DNA from: Macrostomum lignano
Lineage: Eukaryota
Reading direction: 5' to 3'
Length of the DNA: 20,630 nt
Assembly (NCBI GenBank): GCA_002269645.1
Contig: NIVC01001934.1
Coordinates: forward strand, 1-20,630
How positions within the stretch are numbered: the stretch's first letter is position 1; each line of letters starts with the position of its first letter. The translations under genes were made by a program, and so were the position numbers. Shown here piece after piece: positions 12,891 through 20,630 of the stretch. The notes beneath the pieces are model-generated. The model searched no databases. It saw nothing but the letters and a program-made list of their open reading frames with translations, and was not told the DNA's origin.

Positions 12891-14242
12891 TGGACTTTAT
12901 TGTATGCAATGCAGAACGCTTTCGAAGAGGACTCGTTCGACATTGTGATATGGTTGGGACAGAAGGATAGACTACCTGCTGCCAAAGCAATATGGTTGCT
13001 CTTGTTGAGAGTGCGGAGGTGGCGGTTTACTTTTTCCGCTGCTTGTTGGAGGTTGTCAGGTGCATCGGGAGCAACTACCTGATCGGCCGTATAGACCTTG
13101 GCTTTGGGAAAGGCTCTACCACAATGATTGAAGATTGTGGTCAGCTGCTTGTCGATAACGCCTTCAAACTGTCTTTGAAGGTCCTGGCCCCATGGGAACA
13201 GGATCACACTCTTAACGTTCGACACGGGGTTGGCTGCCTGTTCGCGAAGTAGCTTGACTAAGTTTTCAGCTCTTAAGTTAGGAAAAATTTCGAATTGGAT
13301 CTCCGGGTGCTCCGCTGCTGGCTGAGACAGGGTTTCATCTCCAATCACTACTGTCTGTTTAACCACGGAGGACAATTTCCAATTCTTCTTGGGACCTTTG
13401 TGGATCACCACAGTAGATGGCGGTGCGGTTGGTGCTGGGTCCGAAGACTGCTCGAGTTGGTCAGGCTGACCCTCATCAAGGCTGGAGTCGACCGCATGCG
13501 CGTCGGTTTCTGTGGCCTCTGTGGACTGCGAATGCATCTCAGCAGTTTCGTTCGAGGGTGTCAAAAAGATCGGTGATTGAGCACTGTCTAGGCTAGCACC
13601 TGCACTGATGCTGCCGGTAGCAGGTGGGGATGTCTGATCGCAGACCACCCCCGTGTCGAGCTCCTGAGCACAGGCAGCCCGACCCTGCGACTCGTCTGGA
13701 TTAGCACTACTAGGAAGTGAGGGAGGTACATTTACAGAGCATGCGATGTCTTCACTGGTAGCTCTGTTGCTTTGCTCAGGTGGGAATGTCTGGTCACAGA
13801 CCATTCCCGTGTCAAGCTCTTGAGCGCAAGCAGCTTGACCCTGATTTTGGACATCTTGCTCTTGTGATAGCGCTACAATAGGCGGAGACGGTGGTTCATT
13901 GCTCGCCGTCATTTCTCGGTGGCTAAGCATGCTTGGTTCCTCATTGAACTCGCATGAGTCCCAGGACACTTCATCCACAGCAAGGCTGCAGTACCCAATC
14001 TGTTGTGTCACCTGACTGCTCTGAAGACTGTCACTAATCTCAATGGGATGCTGCGTATTAGACTGAATGTCTGTGACAACATTGGTCCCATGAGGGGTGT
14101 TTTGTGGGTTTTGTGGCCCTACAGTAAGAAAAGTACATACATGGAGGAGCTCACCAGTGTTCTCGAGTCCAGGTACCTTCAGTCGATGGTTCAACCTTTG
14201 CAACTCGTTCTGAAGTTCGCCGGGAGAGATGTTGAACCTCTT
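12881..14242 (-). CDS. PLE ORF1, C-terminal part: S/P/Q/E-rich linker plus degenerate SGNH-hydrolase/esterase-like domain (about 13380-12884)
   Basis: Long open frame with no useful AUG of its own; the track starts it at a TTG. The C-terminus VVIGDETL..IFPNL..VILFPWGQD..FPKAKVY..VNRHL..NHI matches the spacing of SGNH blocks. An internal duplication shows mostly synonymous differences in this frame. Confidence 0.7.
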   Translation of the reverse strand, partial: KRFNISPGELQNELQRLNHRLKVPGLENTGELLHVCTFLTVGPQNPQNTPHGTNVVTDIQSNTQHPIEISDSLQSSQVTQQIGYCSLAVDEVSWDSCEFNEEPSMLSHREMTASNEPPSPPIVALSQEQDVQNQGQAACAQELDTGMVCDQTFPPEQSNRATSEDIACSVNVPPSLPSSANPDESQGRAACAQELDTGVVCDQTSPPATGSISAGASLDSAQSPIFLTPSNETAEMHSQSTEATETDAHAVDSSLDEGQPDQLEQSSDPAPTAPPSTVVIHKGPKKNWKLSSVVKQTVVIGDETLSQPAAEHPEIQFEIFPNLRAENLVKLLREQAANPVSNVKSVILFPWGQDLQRQFEGVIDKQLTTIFNHCGRAFPKAKVYTADQVVAPDAPDNLQQAAEKVNRHLRTLNKSNHIALAAGSLSFCPNHITMSNESSSKAFCIAYNKVQKN

Positions 14243-14922
14243 CCCTGGTCCTTCGAGGCCCAGCGGAAGCCCACCTGCCAGCCTGTCCTCAGTGTGTCTT
14301 GGTCAACGTTGCCGGAGGCCTCTAGCAATTCGTCCGCAGTGTTGATCATGCAAAGCTGGTAGTGGCCCTCCATCGTGTCCTGTGTGCTAGTTTCCCAGGC
14401 CTCCGCGTTCTCCTTAACTCGTTTGATGGTTCCGTCGGTAGGCATAGCCGGTCGGATGAAGGATTCTAGCTGTTCAGCTTTTTTATGTACACTTTTAGGC
14501 ACATTGCGCCAGTTATTCAAGTGGTGGGCAGCCCGAAAGAGTTTCTTAGACAGGCGAGCGAGTTGAGATGCGTCATTCGGTAGAGCCACTGCGGCGTGGG
14601 CGCGAGGGTCAGTATCTTTTCTTCGAGAATCACGTCGCTCGTCATTGTGTTTCATAGTTCGTCGAGGTTCGTTGTCGTTGCGGCGAGATTTAAAGTTGTT
14701 ACCTCGAGCCTCACCCTGAGCACGGTGAGGTACGCCGCGGTTCCGGCGATCGTTCCAGGACTTTTCCCGTTGTTGGTGCGCCCATCTAGCAGCGTCTGGA
14801 GGCCTGTGGTCTGGCCGTGAGCGGTGTTGATGCCCTCCAGTGCGGGTGTTTTGATGTTGTCGGTAATTTCGCTCAGCAGGTTTTCTTTCAGAATTGTGCC
14901 ATGTGCGGCTGCTTCTCGGCAT
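14191..14922 (-). CDS. PLE ORF1, N-terminal part: Arg/Asn/Gln/His-rich basic region plus helical domain (AUG at 14922, MPRSSRTW...)
   Basis: First AUG after the tandem junction. LFRAAHHLNNW..FIRPAMP..W..HY..QVGFRWASK resembles, from recall, ORF1 N-termini of Neptune-like PLEs. It probably continues into the downstream frame via a one-base break near 14241-14245. Confidence 0.7.
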   Translation of the reverse strand: MPRSSRTWHNSERKPAERNYRQHQNTRTGGHQHRSRPDHRPPDAARWAHQQREKSWNDRRNRGVPHRAQGEARGNNFKSRRNDNEPRRTMKHNDERRDSRRKDTDPRAHAAVALPNDASQLARLSKKLFRAAHHLNNWRNVPKSVHKKAEQLESFIRPAMPTDGTIKRVKENAEAWETSTQDTMEGHYQLCMINTADELLEASGNVDQDTLRTGWQVGFRWASKDQGRGSTSLPANFRTSCKG

Positions 14923-14961
14923 TCTCAGATAGCCAAAGAGAGAGCTGACTGGTCCAGGGAG

Positions 14962-18170
<3,209 letters not shown>

Positions 18171-18248
18171 CTAGATACACAGGCAGACAGAAAGCTACTA
18201 GAAGCGGCATCAAGCAAACAACAGTCACCACTTTAACCACAGAAGTGG

Positions 18249-18299
18249 CACGTCACAACTCTCTACCTTCCTATTGGCTGAGCGGCGCTGACCAATAGG
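18249..18299 (+). promoter_or_regulatory. Putative proximal promoter: inverted CCAAT pair (CCTATTGG-N14-CCAATAGG) and a CACGTCA CRE/E-box-like site
   Basis: An 8-bp inverted repeat at 18270-18277 / 18292-18299 contains ATTGG and CCAAT. It lies about 140 bp upstream of the candidate HS3ST AUG. Confidence 0.45.
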
Positions 18300-18438
18300 C
18301 GCGCAGCTGGCCTGCCAAGCAGTTCATCAAGCAGATAAACTTCTCTAAGATATGATGCTCCAGTTGAGGCAGGCAGCCTGGCAGCACAGAGTGCATTGAA
18401 CAGCTCAGATAACTGACATCAGAGAATCGCTGTAAACT

Positions 18439-18724
18439 ATGAGCCCCCGGTCGTTCCCGCGGCTCTTCATGCTGCTGCATCTTACAGCCGCTCTCGTGGC
18501 AGCTGTTCCAGTCTCCTCTTCATCAGCGGCGGTGTCAACTCGACTTCACAGCCGATCGATGCCACATTCGCTCGGCGTCTTCCGCAGGCGCTCATCATCG
18601 GAGCCAAGAAGTCCGGGACTCGAGCCCTGCTGGCGTTCATCTGCATGCACCCGGACGTGCAGGCGCCGGGGCCTGAGGTGCACTTCTTCGATAGAAACTA
18701 CCATCGAGGCCTGGACTGGTACAG
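18439..18724 (+). CDS. HS3ST: First coding exon of a heparan sulfate glucosamine 3-O-sulfotransferase (HS3ST2/3/4/6-like; invertebrate Hs3st-B/hst-3.2 type), with an apparent 1-nt frameshift between the AUG and the catalytic domain
   Basis: A frame missed by the track reads (from 18573) [51 protein letters not shown], with the 5'-PSB loop GxKKxGT and catalytic EVHFFD. It ends at AG|GTGAG (18724/18725), the intron position known for the two-exon HS3ST group. The AUG at 18439 gives a signal-anchor-like [23 protein letters not shown] in a different frame. Paralogue not determinable. Confidence 0.88.
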
Positions 18725-18820
18725 GTGAGGTGCTGGCTGACGGTCACTGTGGCGTTACACCTGACTAGATTTGGGAGGTCATTTTTCCCAGCCTGATGCC
18801 CGTTGGAAGATTCCGCGTTC

Positions 18821-19118
18821 GTTTCAAAGATCTGGGGGTCATTTCAAAGCTCAGGGGTCATTTCAAAGCTCAGGGTCATTTCAAAGCTCAGGGGTCATTT
18901 CAAAGATCTGGGGGTCATTTCAAAGATCTGTGGGGTCATTTCAAAGATCTGTGGGGTCATTTCAAAGATCTGTGGGTCATTTCAAAGATCTGTGGGGTCA
19001 TTTCAAAGATCTGGGGTCATTTCAAAGATCTGTGGGTCGTTTTAAAGATCTGTGGGGTCATTTCAAAGATCTGGGGGTCGTTTTAAAGATGTGGGGTCAT
19101 TTCAAAGATTGGGGGTTC
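18821..19118. repeat. Intronic 18-21-bp minisatellite (ATTTCAAAGATCTGTGGGGTC)n, about 15 degenerate units
   Basis: Directly visible, with unit variants GCTCAG, GATCTG and GTTTTAAAG. Confidence 0.95.
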
Positions 19119-19597
19119 ATTTTTTCAGAGCGTGGTGGTATTTTGCAATCTTCTCATAGCAACGTCTCCAGGTGTTGGTAGGGAAGTTTATCGAAGCAAC
19201 CAAGAGAAGAAAATCACAAGTCTGTCTGATTGCCAAAAACAGTCTAAAAATAAAACGCACTGATTTCTATGAAATCAATAAGCACTTGCGCCGGTGAACT
19301 GGGCCTTGAAAACTGAAGGAAATTGTGTTCCAAGATTTTGCTGCAAAAGCAATAATCGATCTCGCTATTCAAAATTCCAGGAAAATTGGTTCATTTAAAG
19401 CATTCGCAAGAGCGCCTTATCGAATGGGGTGACTGCTGTATGCTGTCAGATTCAGGTTTTGAGTTAACATCAAAATGAACTGGAAAGCTCAGGTTTGAGT
19501 CAGATTCCAGTCGGCAAGAGGTTTGTTTATAGGAGAGTAGAGAGATGCAAAAAATAAGAGGGTTGGAGAGGAATGTGATTAAAAGTAGATAGTGAAG

Positions 19598-20630
19598 GAG
19601 TAGAGAGGTAAAAAGTAGAGGTGTGAGAGAGTAGAGAGGTGAGAGAGTAGAGAGGTGAGAGACTAGAGAGGTGAGAGAGTAGAGAGGCGAGAGAGTAGAG
19701 AGGTGAGAGAGTAGAGAGGCGAGAGAGTAGAGAGGCGAGAGACTAGAGAGGTGAGAGAGTAGAGGGGTGAGAGAGTAGAGAGGTGAGAGAGTAGAGAGGT
19801 GAGAGAGTAGAGAGGTGAGAGAGTAGAGAGGTGAGAGAGTAGAGAGGCGAGAGACTAGAGAGGTTGAGAGAGTATAGGGGTGAGAGAGTAGAGAGGTGAG
19901 AGAGAGAGTAGAGAGAGGTGAGAGAGTAGAGAGGTGAGAGAGTAGAGAGGTGAGAGAGTAGAGAGGCGAGAGACTAGAGAGGTGAGAGAGTAGAGGGGTG
20001 AGAGAGTAGAGGGGTGAGAGAGTAGAGAGGTGAGAGAGTAGAGAGGTGAGAGAGTAGAGAGGTGAGAGAGTAGAGAGGTGAGAGAGTAGAGAGGTGAGAG
20101 AGTAGAGAGGTGAGATAGTAGAGAGGCGAGAGAGTAGAGAGGCGAGAGAGTAGAGAGGTGAGATAGTAGAGAGGCGAGAGAGTAGAGAGGTGAGAGAGTA
20201 GAGAGGTGAGAGAGTAGAGAGGCGAGAGACTAGAGAGGTGAGAGAGTAGAGGTGTGAGAGAGTAGAGAGGTGAGAGAGTAGAGAGGTGAGAGAGTAGAGA
20301 GATGAGAGAGTAGAGAGGTGAGAGAGTAGAGAGGTGAGAGAGTAGAGAGGCGAGAGAGTAGAGAGGTGAGATAGTAGAGAGGCGAGAGAGTAGAGAGGTG
20401 AGAGAGTAGAGAGGTGAGATAGTAGAGAGGCGAGAGAGTAGAGAGGTGAGAGAGTAGAGAGGTGAGAGAGTAGAGAGGCGAGAGACTAGAGAGATGAGAG
20501 AGTAGAGAGGTGAGAGAGTAGAGGTGTGAGAGAGTAGAGAGGTGAGAGAGTAGAGAGGCGAGAGACTAGAGAGATGAGAGAGTAGAGAGGTGAGAGAGTA
20601 GAGGTGTGAGAGAGTAGAGAGGTGAGAGAG
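19598..20630. repeat. Purine-rich 16-bp minisatellite (GAGAGTAGAGAGGTGA)n, about 63 units, open at the window's right edge
   Basis: Directly visible. An 80-bp higher-order block repeats near the end (about 20465-20625). Confidence 0.97.

Noticed and set aside
14241-14247. A second programmed -1 frameshift inside ORF1
   Set aside because: G_GGA_AGA is not a canonical heptamer and I saw no clear stimulator; error or mutation is more likely.
18439-18768. 109-aa ORF as a standalone secreted peptide
   Set aside because: Its 3' half is the off-frame reading of the HS3ST catalytic exon and runs past the splice donor.
18771-19181. Three overlapping ORFs (GSFQRSV, GHFKDLW, VISKICG repeats)
   Set aside because: Translations of the intronic minisatellite.

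Overview
Repeat-dominated window from a metazoan genome, probably an invertebrate (inferred from HS3ST motifs). In order: (1) a 7.7-kb 21-bp satellite (1-7694) ending near two CAG-type transposon-like termini; (2) a perfect 20-bp array carrying 20 AP-1 consensus sites; (3) an 0.8-kb (GGAGA)n tract; (4) a young Penelope-like retroelement (PLE, Neptune-like) on the minus strand (10362-16124), inserted inside a (GATA)n microsatellite; (5) a 2-kb pure (GATA)n tract; (6) a putative promoter and first coding exon of a heparan sulfate 3-O-sulfotransferase on the plus strand, followed by intronic minisatellites. The PLE is the most interesting part. It is one 4600-bp unit plus an apparently identical 1163-bp partial copy. 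Both repeats carry a minimal type I hammerhead ribozyme and an 8-nt TCTATCTA target-matching sequence. ORF1 (basic N-terminus, helical domain, degenerate SGNH/esterase-like domain) is joined to the RT + GIY-YIG ORF by a canonical -1 frameshift signal (A_AAA_AAC, UAG, hairpin). Caveat: all three frame breaks in the window correspond to one missing base in or near short homopolymers, so sequencing error must be excluded. Nearly all long ORFs in the supplied track are artefacts of tandem repeats.
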